Positions 51,815 to 61,516 are shown, counted from the stretch's first letter. The stretch is 64,000 nucleotides of DNA from an uncultured Gemmatimonadales bacterium (GCA_963783385.1 CAWANJ010000009.1:288001-352000); one strand, 5' to 3'. Made by a program: numbers and translations. The notes: generated from the sequence alone by a model not told the origin.

Positions 51815-52632
51815 GAGACCCGCATCCGCCGAGGGCCGAGCGCGAGCGCCACGACCGCCGCGTGATGGCCGTCGGCCTGGCCGTCTCCCTGCTGGTCCAC
51901 GTGGTGGCGGTGCTCTTCCTCTCCCGTCAGCTGGCGCTCCCCTCGATGCACTATGCCCCGACCTCGCGCCGGGCTCCGTCCTTCGAGGGGATCCGGGCGC
52001 TCCAGCTCCAGGTGCCCCCGGCCGCCTCGGGGCCGACCGGCCAGCCGGCGCGTCCCGAGAGCCCCGAGGGACCCGAGACCGGCGCCTCGCCCCGAACGTC
52101 CGAGAATCGGGGCGCCGTCCGTGTGGAGAAGGGCGGACGTCTCACCAACGGCGAGAAGCTGCAGCCACGTCCCGGCGACCTGAGGGTGTGGCAGGGCATC
52201 CGGGCGGAGGAGCTCCCGCCGCGCACCCTCGCCGAGCTGGCGCGAGCGGACAGCGCCGTGCGCGCCATCCTCGGAGGCTACCTGGACAGCCTCGCCCTGA
52301 GCGCGGAGGCCAGGAAGCGGGCGAGCGAGTGGCTCATCCACAAGGGCGACAAGAGCTGGGGCATCGCGTCCGACGGGCTCCACCTGGGCAAGATCGTCAT
52401 CCCGATCCCGTTCGGGCAGCTGTTCCAGCCCTACGGCGACAAGGCGAGGGAACTGGAGCAGCAGGTCCGGGACCTGGAGATCATCCGCTTCCAGGACGCG
52501 CTGCAGGAGGCTCGCAAGGTCCAGCAGGAGCGCGAGAAGGCGATGGTGAAACGGGCGCGCGACGAGGCAGGGAAGCCGTCGGCCGACTCCGGCGGCTCGC
52601 CGCGGGACACGACGGGCGGGGGCGGGCGGTGA
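51811..52632 (+). CDS. Membrane-anchored hypothetical protein with TonB/TolA-like SxxxH anchor
   Basis: Single TM AVSLLVHVVAV, Pro-rich linker, unrecognised C-terminal domain; GTGA overlap with rsmI. Confidence 0.7.
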   Translation: MRDPHPPRAERERHDRRVMAVGLAVSLLVHVVAVLFLSRQLALPSMHYAPTSRRAPSFEGIRALQLQVPPAASGPTGQPARPESPEGPETGASPRTSENRGAVRVEKGGRLTNGEKLQPRPGDLRVWQGIRAEELPPRTLAELARADSAVRAILGGYLDSLALSAEARKRASEWLIHKGDKSWGIASDGLHLGKIVIPIPFGQLFQPYGDKARELEQQVRDLEIIRFQDALQEARKVQQEREKAMVKRARDEAGKPSADSGGSPRDTTGGGGR

Positions 52633-52697
52633 CGACCCCGCCTCCGAGGAGCCGGGGGACCGGGCCCGGCGGCTCCAGCCCGCGCCGCGGCGCGACG

Positions 52698-52727
52698 TTG
52701 CTCCGCTCGCGGGCCGCCCGTTAGACT
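52698..52727 (+). promoter_or_regulatory. Putative sigma70 promoter TTGCTC-18-TAGACT for valS
   Basis: Hexamers at 52698-52703 and 52722-52727. Confidence 0.45.
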
Positions 52728-52820
52728 CAGCGTTCGCCGCGCGCGGGGCGCCCTCCATGCTCTCGGAGGCCGCTCGCGCCGCGAGAGCCCCGGCAGCGCA
52801 ATCCGAGGAATGAGCCTCCG

Positions 52821-55505
52821 GTGACACACGAGCTCGAAGCACGGTACGATCCAACGGACCTCGAGGGCCGTCTCTACCGGAGATGGGCCTCCGAGGGCTA
52901 CTTCCACGTGGAGGCCTCCGAGGCGGAGGACCCCTACGTCATCGTGATCCCTCCGCCCAACGTGACCGCGGCCCTCCACATGGGTCACGGCCTCAACAAC
53001 ACGATCCAGGACGTGCTGATCCGGGCGCGGCGCATGCAGGGTCGCCACGCGCTGTGGGTTCCGGGAACGGACCACGCTGGCATCGCCACCCAGAACGTGG
53101 TGGAGCGCCAGCTCGCCGAGGAGGGTCTCACACGCTGGGACCTGGGCCGGGACGCGTTCGTGGAGCGCGTGTGGGCGTGGGTCGAGGAGTACGGGACCCG
53201 CATCATAGAGCAGCTCAAGGCCATCGGCTGCTCGTGCGACTGGCAGCGCACGCGCTTTACGCTGGACGAGGGCCTGTCGCGCGCCGTTCGCGAGGTGTTC
53301 GTCTCGCTGTACGAGAAGGGCCTCGTGTACCGGGGCCAGTACATCATCAACTGGTGCCCGCGGTGTGGAACGGCGCTCTCCAACGAGGAAGCCGAGCACC
53401 GGGAGCAGCCCGGCAAGCTCTGGCACATCGCCTATCCCCTGGAGGATGAGCCCGGGCGCACGGTCATCGTGGCCACCACCCGTCCGGAGACGATGCTCGG
53501 GGACACCGGGCTGGCCGTGCACCCGGACGACGAGCGCCATGCGGACCTGATAGGACGCACGGCGATCCTCCCCCTGGTCGGACGAAGGCTGCCGATCGTG
53601 GCCGACGAGTACGTCGACCCGGAATTCGGCACGGGTGTTCTCAAGGTGACGCCGGCCCACGATCCGAACGACTTCGAGATCGGCCGCCGGCACGACCTCC
53701 CGTTGGTGGACGCCATGACGGACCAGGCCACCATGTCCGACGAGGTTCCAGAGGCATTCCGGGGATTGGACCGGTTCGCGGCCCGGGAGGCCATCGTGGC
53801 GGCCCTCGAGGAGGCGGGCGACCTGGTACGGGTCGAGGACCACGTCCACTCGGTGGGCCGCTGCTATCGGTGCGACACGATCGTCGAGCACCGGCTCAGC
53901 CTGCAGTGGTTCGTGAAGATGGAGCCGCTGGCTCGTCCGGCCCTCGAGGCCTACCGGGATGGGCGCCTGCACTTCCACCCGGAGCGCTACGGCCAGATCT
54001 ACGAGCACTGGATGGAGAACATCCGGGACTGGTGCATCAGTCGTCAGCTGTGGTGGGGTCACCGCATCCCGGTCTGGTACTGCCAGAACGAGGCGTGCGG
54101 GGCCGAGGTCGTGGTCCGCGAGGACCCGGAGGTGTGTCCGGAGTGCGGGGGGGCGCTGGAGCGGGATCCCGACGTGCTCGACACGTGGTTCAGCTCGTGG
54201 CTGTGGCCCTTCAGCACGCTGGGCTGGCCCGAGGAGACACCGGACCTGCAGGCCTTCTACCCGACCGACACCCTGGTGACGGCGGCGGACATCCTGTTCT
54301 TCTGGGTGGCCCGTATGGTCATGGCCGGCCTGGAGTTCATGGGCGACCTTCCGTTCACGGACGTGGTCATCAACGGCACGGTCCGCGACCACCTGGGGCG
54401 CCGCATGTCCAAGTCGCTCGGCAACGGGATCGATCCGCTCGAGGTGGTGGAGCGGTTCGGCGCCGACGCCCTCCGCTTCACGCTGCTCCAGGGCGCGGCC
54501 CTCGGCACGGACCTGCAGCTGGATTACGAGGACCTCGATGCCGCCTTCCAGGTGGGCCGCAACTTCGCGAACAAGATCTGGAACGCAGTGCGCTTCGCCC
54601 TCCCGCACCTGGAGCCGTCCGACCGCACCGGCTCGGGCGCGCCGGAGCTCGAGCTGGCCGATCGGTGGATCCTGAGCCGGGCGCGGGCCGCGGCCAGCGG
54701 GACGAGCGCCGCCCTCGACGATTTCCGGCTCCACCAGGTGGCGGGCGTCACGTATCACTTCGTGTGGGACGAGTTCTGCGACTGGTACCTCGAGCTGGCC
54801 AAGACGCGGCTGGCGGGGGAGCGCGGCGAGGAGAGCCGCCGGGCGGCCGCCTGGACGCTGCGCCAGGTGCTCGAGACCTGGCTGCGGCTCCTCCACCCCG
54901 TGATGCCGTTCATCACCGAGGAGCTCTACCTCAAACTCCCGGGCGTGGACGCGGGGGCCACCCTGATGCTGGGGCCGTGGCCCGCTCCCCCCGCCGAGTG
55001 GGAGGAGCCGGACGCCGAGGCGGCCGTGGGCGAGCTGCAGGAGTTGATCTCCACGCTTCGGAACGTGCGCGCCGAGTATAACATCGATCCGAATCGGGAG
55101 CTGGCCGTCCACCTTGATTCGGTGTCGCCCGACCTAGAGCGGGCCCTCGAAGCCGAGGAGGACGGGCTCCTGCGCCTGGCGCGGGTGGAAGCCGTCCGTC
55201 GAGGACAGGGCGTCGCCGGCGAGGCCGGGGCGCACGCCGTCCTGCGCTCGGGCACGGAGCTGTTCGTACCGCTGGCCGACGTCATCGACCTCGCCCGCGA
55301 GCGGGAACGGATCGAGGAAGAGCTCGACCGCCTGGGGAGTCTGCTCGACGCGTCGCGGAAGCGCCTCGCGAACCAGGACTTCCTGCACAAGGCGCCCGAA
55401 GAGGTCGTCCAGCGCGAGCGCGACAAGGCCCGGTCTTTGGAGGAGCAGCGGGAGCGGCTGCAGGCCAAGCGGCGGGTGCTGTCCGGGTCCGGGGGATCGT
55501 CGTGA
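52821..55505 (+). CDS. valS: Valine--tRNA ligase
   Basis: PPPNVT..LHMGH, DHAGIATQ, DWCISRQLWWGHRIP, RMSKS, C-terminal coiled coil. Confidence 0.98.
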   Translation: MTHELEARYDPTDLEGRLYRRWASEGYFHVEASEAEDPYVIVIPPPNVTAALHMGHGLNNTIQDVLIRARRMQGRHALWVPGTDHAGIATQNVVERQLAEEGLTRWDLGRDAFVERVWAWVEEYGTRIIEQLKAIGCSCDWQRTRFTLDEGLSRAVREVFVSLYEKGLVYRGQYIINWCPRCGTALSNEEAEHREQPGKLWHIAYPLEDEPGRTVIVATTRPETMLGDTGLAVHPDDERHADLIGRTAILPLVGRRLPIVADEYVDPEFGTGVLKVTPAHDPNDFEIGRRHDLPLVDAMTDQATMSDEVPEAFRGLDRFAAREAIVAALEEAGDLVRVEDHVHSVGRCYRCDTIVEHRLSLQWFVKMEPLARPALEAYRDGRLHFHPERYGQIYEHWMENIRDWCISRQLWWGHRIPVWYCQNEACGAEVVVREDPEVCPECGGALERDPDVLDTWFSSWLWPFSTLGWPEETPDLQAFYPTDTLVTAADILFFWVARMVMAGLEFMGDLPFTDVVINGTVRDHLGRRMSKSLGNGIDPLEVVERFGADALRFTLLQGAALGTDLQLDYEDLDAAFQVGRNFANKIWNAVRFALPHLEPSDRTGSGAPELELADRWILSRARAAASGTSAALDDFRLHQVAGVTYHFVWDEFCDWYLELAKTRLAGERGEESRRAAAWTLRQVLETWLRLLHPVMPFITEELYLKLPGVDAGATLMLGPWPAPPAEWEEPDAEAAVGELQELISTLRNVRAEYNIDPNRELAVHLDSVSPDLERALEAEEDGLLRLARVEAVRRGQGVAGEAGAHAVLRSGTELFVPLADVIDLARERERIEEELDRLGSLLDASRKRLANQDFLHKAPEEVVQRERDKARSLEEQRERLQAKRRVLSGSGGSS

Positions 55506-56824
55506 GACGATTCGGCGGGGCCGGACTCGCGCTGCGTCGCGGGGTCGGTCTCGCCGCGCTCCTGTTCCTGGCCGGTTGCGCCAAGGAGGAGGCGCCGCCC
55601 GGCGCCCTCCCGGACACTCGTCCGCCCCAGGTGTCCCGCATCGAGCCCGGCAACGACTCCATCGTGCCCGGCTTCGACGGCGACCTTCACATCGTGTTCA
55701 ACGAGCCCATCAAACCTCCGCAGGACCTGTCGCGGACGTTGCTGGGCTCGCCCGCCTACCGCTACGAAGTCGGGAGCGGGTTCTCGGATCTCAAGATCCA
55801 TCCGGCCGGCGGCTGGCGGGCCGGCGCCGTGTACGTCATCGAGATCCCGGCCGGCATCCCGGACCTGCTCGGGAACCGGACGACCACGCCCATCCGGGTG
55901 GTGTTCTCCACCGGGGCTCCCATCACGGACACCCGGGCCGCGGGGACCCTGCTGGATCGAGTGAGCGGACAGGGCGTGCAGGGGGCACGCGTCCTGTTCG
56001 AGCACCCACCCGACACCATCCCCTACTCGGCCGTGTCCGACACGGGCGGGAGGTTCGCTCTCTCCTCCCTCCCGACGGGGGACTATCGGGTCTATGGCTT
56101 CCGGGACCTGAACGGGGACATGCGGCTCCAGCGCCGGCTCGAGTCGTACGACAGCGCGGCCTTCGACCTGCCCGACTCCACCTCCACCGTCGATCTCACG
56201 CTGCGTCTCACCGAGCCGGACAGCACGCCTCCCCGCCTCCTGGTGGCCACGGCCCTCGACAGCCAGACGGTCGAGCTGCGCTTCGACGACTACCTCGATC
56301 CCGACCAGCGCTTCGACTCTGTGCGGGTGGCGATCCGCGACACCGTCACGGGCGCGTCCTGGCCGGTGTCGGGAGTGGAGCCGGAGACGGTCGGCGGGAG
56401 GAGCGCGGTCGGAGGTCGAGGACCCTCCGCCGCCGGAGCGCCGGCCGATACGGCGCGCCCGGCAGCCGCCGACACGGCCGGGCGCTCACCGGCGGACTCG
56501 GCCGGGTCGCCTGGTGAGCCCACGCGCCCGGAGAGCGCGGACACGGCCGGCCGTCCGGCGCCCGATACGACGCCCCCGGTCTCCCTCGACACGACGGGAG
56601 CGCGCGCTGCCGGCACGGGACCACGCCGGGGCACGCCCGCCACCGGCACATCGGCGCTCCCGGTGCAGAAGCTCCTGGCGCGGCTGGGACGTCCGCTGGC
56701 GCCGGGCGCCTACCGGGTCACGGTGGAGGCGGTCCGGAACCTGCGCGACCTTTCCGGAGGGGGCGACACGCTGTTCGTGTATCCGGCGTCCGACACGGCC
56801 GGCCGGGTGGGAGGCGGACGATGA
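55502..56824 (+). CDS. Ig-like domain lipoprotein with Pro/Ala/Asp/Thr-rich linker
   Basis: Lipobox LAGC; DTRPP.V...P..FNEPI and DLLGN patterns typical of bacterial Ig-like (Big_5-type) domains; Y.VYGF.D.NG motif. Confidence 0.8.
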   Translation: MRRFGGAGLALRRGVGLAALLFLAGCAKEEAPPGALPDTRPPQVSRIEPGNDSIVPGFDGDLHIVFNEPIKPPQDLSRTLLGSPAYRYEVGSGFSDLKIHPAGGWRAGAVYVIEIPAGIPDLLGNRTTTPIRVVFSTGAPITDTRAAGTLLDRVSGQGVQGARVLFEHPPDTIPYSAVSDTGGRFALSSLPTGDYRVYGFRDLNGDMRLQRRLESYDSAAFDLPDSTSTVDLTLRLTEPDSTPPRLLVATALDSQTVELRFDDYLDPDQRFDSVRVAIRDTVTGASWPVSGVEPETVGGRSAVGGRGPSAAGAPADTARPAAADTAGRSPADSAGSPGEPTRPESADTAGRPAPDTTPPVSLDTTGARAAGTGPRRGTPATGTSALPVQKLLARLGRPLAPGAYRVTVEAVRNLRDLSGGGDTLFVYPASDTAGRVGGGR

Positions 56825-58251
56825 GGCCCGATCCCGAAGCGGCTCGGCAGCACGAGCGGGCGGCCGATCCCCGGCGCCGACTCCCGGCGGTGGACCGTCT
56901 CCTCGACTTGCCGGGGCCCTCGGCCTGGACGGCGCGCAGCGGACGGGACGAGGTCGTGCGCGCTCTGCGTGCCGGCCTGGATCGGGTCCGGGCCGAGCTC
57001 TCGTCCGGCAGCCTCGGGTCCGGGAACCCGACGGAGAGGATTCTCGCGGCGGCCGAGGCGTGGCTCGAAGCGCGGAGCCGACCGTCGCTGGACAGGGTCC
57101 TGAACGGGACCGGGGTCGTCTTGCATACGAACCTGGGACGGGCACCGCTGGCCGCGGCCGCGCTCGAGGCCATGGAGCGCGTGGGGCGCGGCTACTCCAA
57201 CCTCGAATATGATCTCGAGGCGGGCGAGCGCGGGAGCCGCTACGAGCACTGCACGGCGCTGTTGCGCGAGCTCACGGGGGCGGAGGCCGCCCTCGTCGTC
57301 AACAACAACGCCGCCGCGGTCGCCCTGACCGTGAACGAGATGGCGGCCGGGGGCGAGGTCGTGGTCTCGAGGGGCGAGCTCGTCGAGATTGGCGGCTCCT
57401 TCCGGGTGCCCGACATCGTGGCCCGCGCCGGAGCTCGCCTCCGGGAGGTGGGGACGACGAACCGCACCCGGGCCGAAGACTACCGCCGGGCGCTCGGGCC
57501 CGGCACGGGCCTGATCCTCAAAGTGCACCCGTCCAACTACAGGGTCGAAGGATTCGTCGAGAGCGTCGAGCTCGCGGAGCTCGTCGCGCTGGGACGGGCC
57601 GGCGGCGTCCCGGTGGTCCACGATCTCGGCTCTGGCCTGCTTCGACCGGAGCTCCTCCCGGGATTCCCCGCCGAGCCCACACCCGGAGCTTCCCTCGAGG
57701 CCGGGGCCGACCTGGTGACCTGGAGCGGAGACAAGCTCCTCGGCGGCCCGCAGGCCGGGGTCATCGTCGGCCGGCGCCAGGCCGTGGACCGACTGCGCGG
57801 GAACCCGCTTCTGCGCGCCTTCAGGGTGGACAGGACCACGCTGGCCGCGCTCGAGGCCACACTCCGGCTGTACCGTGACCCGGCGAAGGCCGTGCGGGAG
57901 ATCCCGGCGCTCCGGATGCTGACCGAGGACGTGACGTCCGTTCGGGAGCGGGCGCGGGGCGCCCTCGAGGGCCTCGATGCCCCCGGCTCGGTCCGGGTCG
58001 CGTTGAGGGACGTGACCTCGCTGGTCGGCGGCGGCTCGTTTCCTGGCTTCGAGCTCCCATCGGCGGGCTGGGAGGTGTCCGGCGTGGACGCGGGCGCGGT
58101 GGACGCCGCCTGCCGGAACGCGCGTCCGCCCCTGGTGGGCCGGGTGCGGGAGGGGAGGTTCCGCGTCGACTTCCGCACGATCCTCCCCGGCGAGGAGTGG
58201 CTGGTCCGGGACGTGCTCACGGCGGCCCTCGCCGAGGCGCAGGACACGTGA
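56821..58251 (+). CDS. selA: L-seryl-tRNA(Sec) selenium transferase
   Basis: NGTGVVLHTNLGRA, YSNLEYDL, VNNNAAA, SRGELVEIGGSFR, EVGTTNRT, KVHPSN, SGDKLLGGPQAG (PLP Lys). Confidence 0.95.
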   Translation: MRPDPEAARQHERAADPRRRLPAVDRLLDLPGPSAWTARSGRDEVVRALRAGLDRVRAELSSGSLGSGNPTERILAAAEAWLEARSRPSLDRVLNGTGVVLHTNLGRAPLAAAALEAMERVGRGYSNLEYDLEAGERGSRYEHCTALLRELTGAEAALVVNNNAAAVALTVNEMAAGGEVVVSRGELVEIGGSFRVPDIVARAGARLREVGTTNRTRAEDYRRALGPGTGLILKVHPSNYRVEGFVESVELAELVALGRAGGVPVVHDLGSGLLRPELLPGFPAEPTPGASLEAGADLVTWSGDKLLGGPQAGVIVGRRQAVDRLRGNPLLRAFRVDRTTLAALEATLRLYRDPAKAVREIPALRMLTEDVTSVRERARGALEGLDAPGSVRVALRDVTSLVGGGSFPGFELPSAGWEVSGVDAGAVDAACRNARPPLVGRVREGRFRVDFRTILPGEEWLVRDVLTAALAEAQDT

Positions 58252-58264
58252 GGGAACGAACGGG

Positions 58265-58834
58265 GTGCGGCAATTGAGGTACTCGGCGGCGTTCCTGGAT
58301 CGCGACGGCACGCTCATCCGTGACCGCGGCTACCTGGGCGATCCGGCCGGCGTCGAGCTCCTGCCCGGGGCGGCCCGTGCGGTGGCCCTGCTCAACGCCC
58401 GTGCGATTCCCGTGTACGTGGTCACGAACCAGTCGGGCATCGGGCGCGGGCTCTATACGGAGGCCGACTTCTGGGTCGTACACGACGAGATGGAGCGGCA
58501 GTTGGCCCTGAGAGGCTCGGCGCTGGACGGCGTGGCATTCTGCCCCCACGATCCGCGCGGCGGGAGCGCCTGTGCGTGCCGCAAGCCCGGCCTCGCGCTC
58601 TACCGGGAGCTGGCCGAGCGCCGCGGGATCCGACTGGCGGAGGCCCTGTTCGTGGGCGACCGCCCGCACGATGTCCTGCCGGCCGAGCGGACGGGCGGCA
58701 CGGGGTTCATGGTGCGGACCGGTCCGGGCGACGAATCCGGGGAGGTTCCGGACTCGGTGGAGGTGGTGGAGGACCTGTGGGAAGCCGTGACGAGGGCGCT
58801 CGGCCCGGGAGGCGGAGACGACGATGAGCGGTGA
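58265..58834 (+). CDS. gmhB: HAD-IIIA phosphatase, GmhB-like
   Basis: FLDRDGTL, TNQSGIGRG, CPH...CACRKP, VGD. Confidence 0.85.
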   Translation: MRQLRYSAAFLDRDGTLIRDRGYLGDPAGVELLPGAARAVALLNARAIPVYVVTNQSGIGRGLYTEADFWVVHDEMERQLALRGSALDGVAFCPHDPRGGSACACRKPGLALYRELAERRGIRLAEALFVGDRPHDVLPAERTGGTGFMVRTGPGDESGEVPDSVEVVEDLWEAVTRALGPGGGDDDER

Positions 58835-59525
58835 GGGAACCGGGTCGAGCCGATCCGGCCCCGCCAGGCTGGCGGTGCTGGCTTCGGGCTCGGGAACCAA
58901 CCTCCAGGCCCTCCTCGACCGGTTCGGCGACGATGGGGATCCGTCCGGCATGGTGGCGGCTGTGATCGCCAGCTCCGAGCGCGCCGGCGCCCTCGAGCGA
59001 GCGCGGCGCTCCGGCGTGCCGGGCCACGTGCTGGACGCGGTGGACGCGGGGACCGACTCGGAGCGCATCGGCGCGCTTCTGGATGCGTGCCGGGCGGACC
59101 TGGTCGTGCTCGCGGGCTACCTGCGCATGGTACCGGCGACGGTCGTCCGTGCCTACCGGGGCCGGATGGTCAACGTCCATCCGGCGCTGTTGCCGGGCTT
59201 CGGTGGGCAGGGCATGTACGGCCAGCGCGTCCATCGTGCCGTCCTGGAAGCGGGGGTGCGGGTCACCGGCGTGACCGTGCACTTCGTGGACGAGCACTAC
59301 GACCGGGGACCGATCATCGCCCAGTGGCCGGTGCCGGTGCTCGAAGCCGACGATCCGGAGACCCTGGCGGCGCGGGTCCTGCGCGTGGAGCATCGGGTGC
59401 TGCCGGAGGTCGTGTCCGCGCTGGCGCGCGGAGTGGTGAGGCTGGAAGACGGTCGGTGTCGCTGGACCCGGCCGTGGTTCGTCTCCGAGCGCTTCATCGG
59501 CGGCGGAGACGGGCCCGCAGAGTGA
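58824..59525 (+). CDS. purN: Phosphoribosylglycinamide formyltransferase
   Basis: LASGSGTNLQA, LAGYLR, NVHPALLP, GVTVHFVD..YD.GPIIAQ. Confidence 0.96.
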   Translation: MSGEGTGSSRSGPARLAVLASGSGTNLQALLDRFGDDGDPSGMVAAVIASSERAGALERARRSGVPGHVLDAVDAGTDSERIGALLDACRADLVVLAGYLRMVPATVVRAYRGRMVNVHPALLPGFGGQGMYGQRVHRAVLEAGVRVTGVTVHFVDEHYDRGPIIAQWPVPVLEADDPETLAARVLRVEHRVLPEVVSALARGVVRLEDGRCRWTRPWFVSERFIGGGDGPAE

Positions 59526-59561
59526 GACCAACGTCCTATTCCACATGATATGGGGAGCCAC

Positions 59562-61157
59562 ATGCCGATCGCGCTGCTGAGCGTGTCAGACAAGCGGGGG
59601 ATCGTGGAGTTCGGCCGGTCGCTTCAGGGCCGCGGGTGGGAGATCGTGTCCACCGGAGGGACGGCGCGAGCCCTCAGGGGCGGAGACGTCCCCGTGACGG
59701 AGATCGGGGAATTCACGGGCTTCCCGGAGCTCATGGGGGGACGAGTGAAGACCCTGCACCCGGCCGTGCACGCCGGCATCCTCGCCAGGCGGTCGGTGGC
59801 CTCGGACATGGAGGAACTTCGGAAACACGAGCTCTCTCCCATCGACCTGGTCGCGGTCAACCTGTATCCCTTCCGTGAGACCGTCGCCCGCCCCAGCGTC
59901 TCGGAGGCGGACGCCCTCGGCCAGATCGACATCGGTGGGCCGACCCTCCTGCGGGCCGCGGCCAAGAACCACGCGTTCGTGTGGGTGGTGTGCGATCCGG
60001 ACGACTACGACACGGTCCTGAGCGCCATGCAGGCCGAGGACGATCCCGGTCTCCGTCGTCGTCTGGCCGCGAAGGTCTTTCTTCACACCGCGGCCTACGA
60101 TGCCGCCATCGCCGGGCATCTGGAGGAGCGGACGTCGGACGCCGGGGTCGGAACCCTGCCTGCCGAGCTCCTGTGGCCGCTGGAGCGCGTCCAATCGCTG
60201 CGGTACGGGGAGAACCCCGACCAGGCGGCGGCATTCTATCGGGACCCGTCGGTTCCGCCATGGGGCGTTCCCGGACTCAAGCAGCTCCAGGGCAAGGAGC
60301 TGTCCTACAACAACCTGCTCGACGTGGACGGCGCGCTCCTGGCCCTGGGTCCCTTCCTCGGGGATGGGGAGGTGGCGGCGTGTGCCATTCTCAAGCACAC
60401 GACGCCGTGTGGACTCGCGGTGGGCCGCACGTGCGCCGAAGCGTTCGAAAAGGCACGGGCCTGCGACCCGATGTCGGCGTTCGGCTCCACCGTGGCCTTC
60501 AGTCAGCCGGTGACCGAAGCTGCGGCCGAGGCCATGTCGGACCTGTTCGTGGAGTGCGTCGTCGCGCCGGGGTACGCGGGGGCCGCCCTCCGGCTCCTGC
60601 AGGGGAAGTCCAACCTGCGGATCCTCGAGCCCGAGGAGGGGGTCGAATTCGGTGTTCCGACCGGCCACGTCCGTTCCGGCCTCGACGCGCGGGGGGTGCG
60701 TGGCGGACTCCTGGTCCAGACGGCGCCGGCGCCGGTGGACCCGAGAGCGGTGGCCCGGAGCGAAGGTACCGAGGTTCCGACGCGACGTCAGCCATCGGAG
60801 GGCGAGCGGGCCGACCTCGGGTTCGCCTGGGCGGCCGTGCAGTCGGTCAAGTCGAACGCCATCCTGCTCGCGCGTGACGGTGCCACGATCGGCATCGGGG
60901 CGGGGCAGATGAGCCGCGTGGACGCCGTGAAGATCGCCGTCCGCAAGGCGGGCGAGGCGGGCCTGGAGACCCGGGGATGCGTGCTGGCCTCCGACGCCTT
61001 CTTCCCCTTCCGCGACAACATCGATGTGGCCGCGGAGGCCGGCGTGCGCGCCATCATCCAGCCGGGGGGCTCGATCCGCGATGACGAAGTCGTGGAGGCG
61101 GCCGACGAGCACGACCTGGCCATGGTGTTCACGGGCCGGAGGCTGTTCCGCCACTGA
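59562..61157 (+). CDS. purH: Bifunctional AICAR transformylase/IMP cyclohydrolase
   Basis: ALLSVSDK, GRVKTLHP, IDIGGP, LRYGENP, VKSNAI, ASDAFFPF, QPGGS.RD, R.FRH. Confidence 0.98.
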   Translation: MPIALLSVSDKRGIVEFGRSLQGRGWEIVSTGGTARALRGGDVPVTEIGEFTGFPELMGGRVKTLHPAVHAGILARRSVASDMEELRKHELSPIDLVAVNLYPFRETVARPSVSEADALGQIDIGGPTLLRAAAKNHAFVWVVCDPDDYDTVLSAMQAEDDPGLRRRLAAKVFLHTAAYDAAIAGHLEERTSDAGVGTLPAELLWPLERVQSLRYGENPDQAAAFYRDPSVPPWGVPGLKQLQGKELSYNNLLDVDGALLALGPFLGDGEVAACAILKHTTPCGLAVGRTCAEAFEKARACDPMSAFGSTVAFSQPVTEAAAEAMSDLFVECVVAPGYAGAALRLLQGKSNLRILEPEEGVEFGVPTGHVRSGLDARGVRGGLLVQTAPAPVDPRAVARSEGTEVPTRRQPSEGERADLGFAWAAVQSVKSNAILLARDGATIGIGAGQMSRVDAVKIAVRKAGEAGLETRGCVLASDAFFPFRDNIDVAAEAGVRAIIQPGGSIRDDEVVEAADEHDLAMVFTGRRLFRH

Positions 61158-61516
61158 GCGGTCGCACGGAAAGGCAGGTGGCCGGCGCGGTCCACCCGAT
61201 CGGGATTCGCCCACCGGGGGACCAGGTTGGACATCCGGGGCCGGCAGGGCCCGGTCCGTGGAACGCCGCCCGCGATGAGTGGAGTGACATGGCCCACATC
61301 CACCGTCTCCGTCCGTCGCGGGCTCTCCCGGCCGCTCCGCCGAACCTCCTCCGTGGCCCGACGGCCGCCTCGTCGTTAGATCATGGCCGACCGCCTGACG
61401 CGATTCGCGTCGTCGCTCCATGCATCATGGGAAGCGTCCCGGGTGTCTAGGGGAGGAGCGACACCCGCGGTCGCGTTGCGGGCGGTGGGATCTCGAAAAC
61501 ACCAGGGAGGAGACGG

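Noticed and set aside
52730-52820. T-box leader upstream of valS
   Set aside because: Too short; lacks the GGTGGNACC T-box sequence and a terminator.
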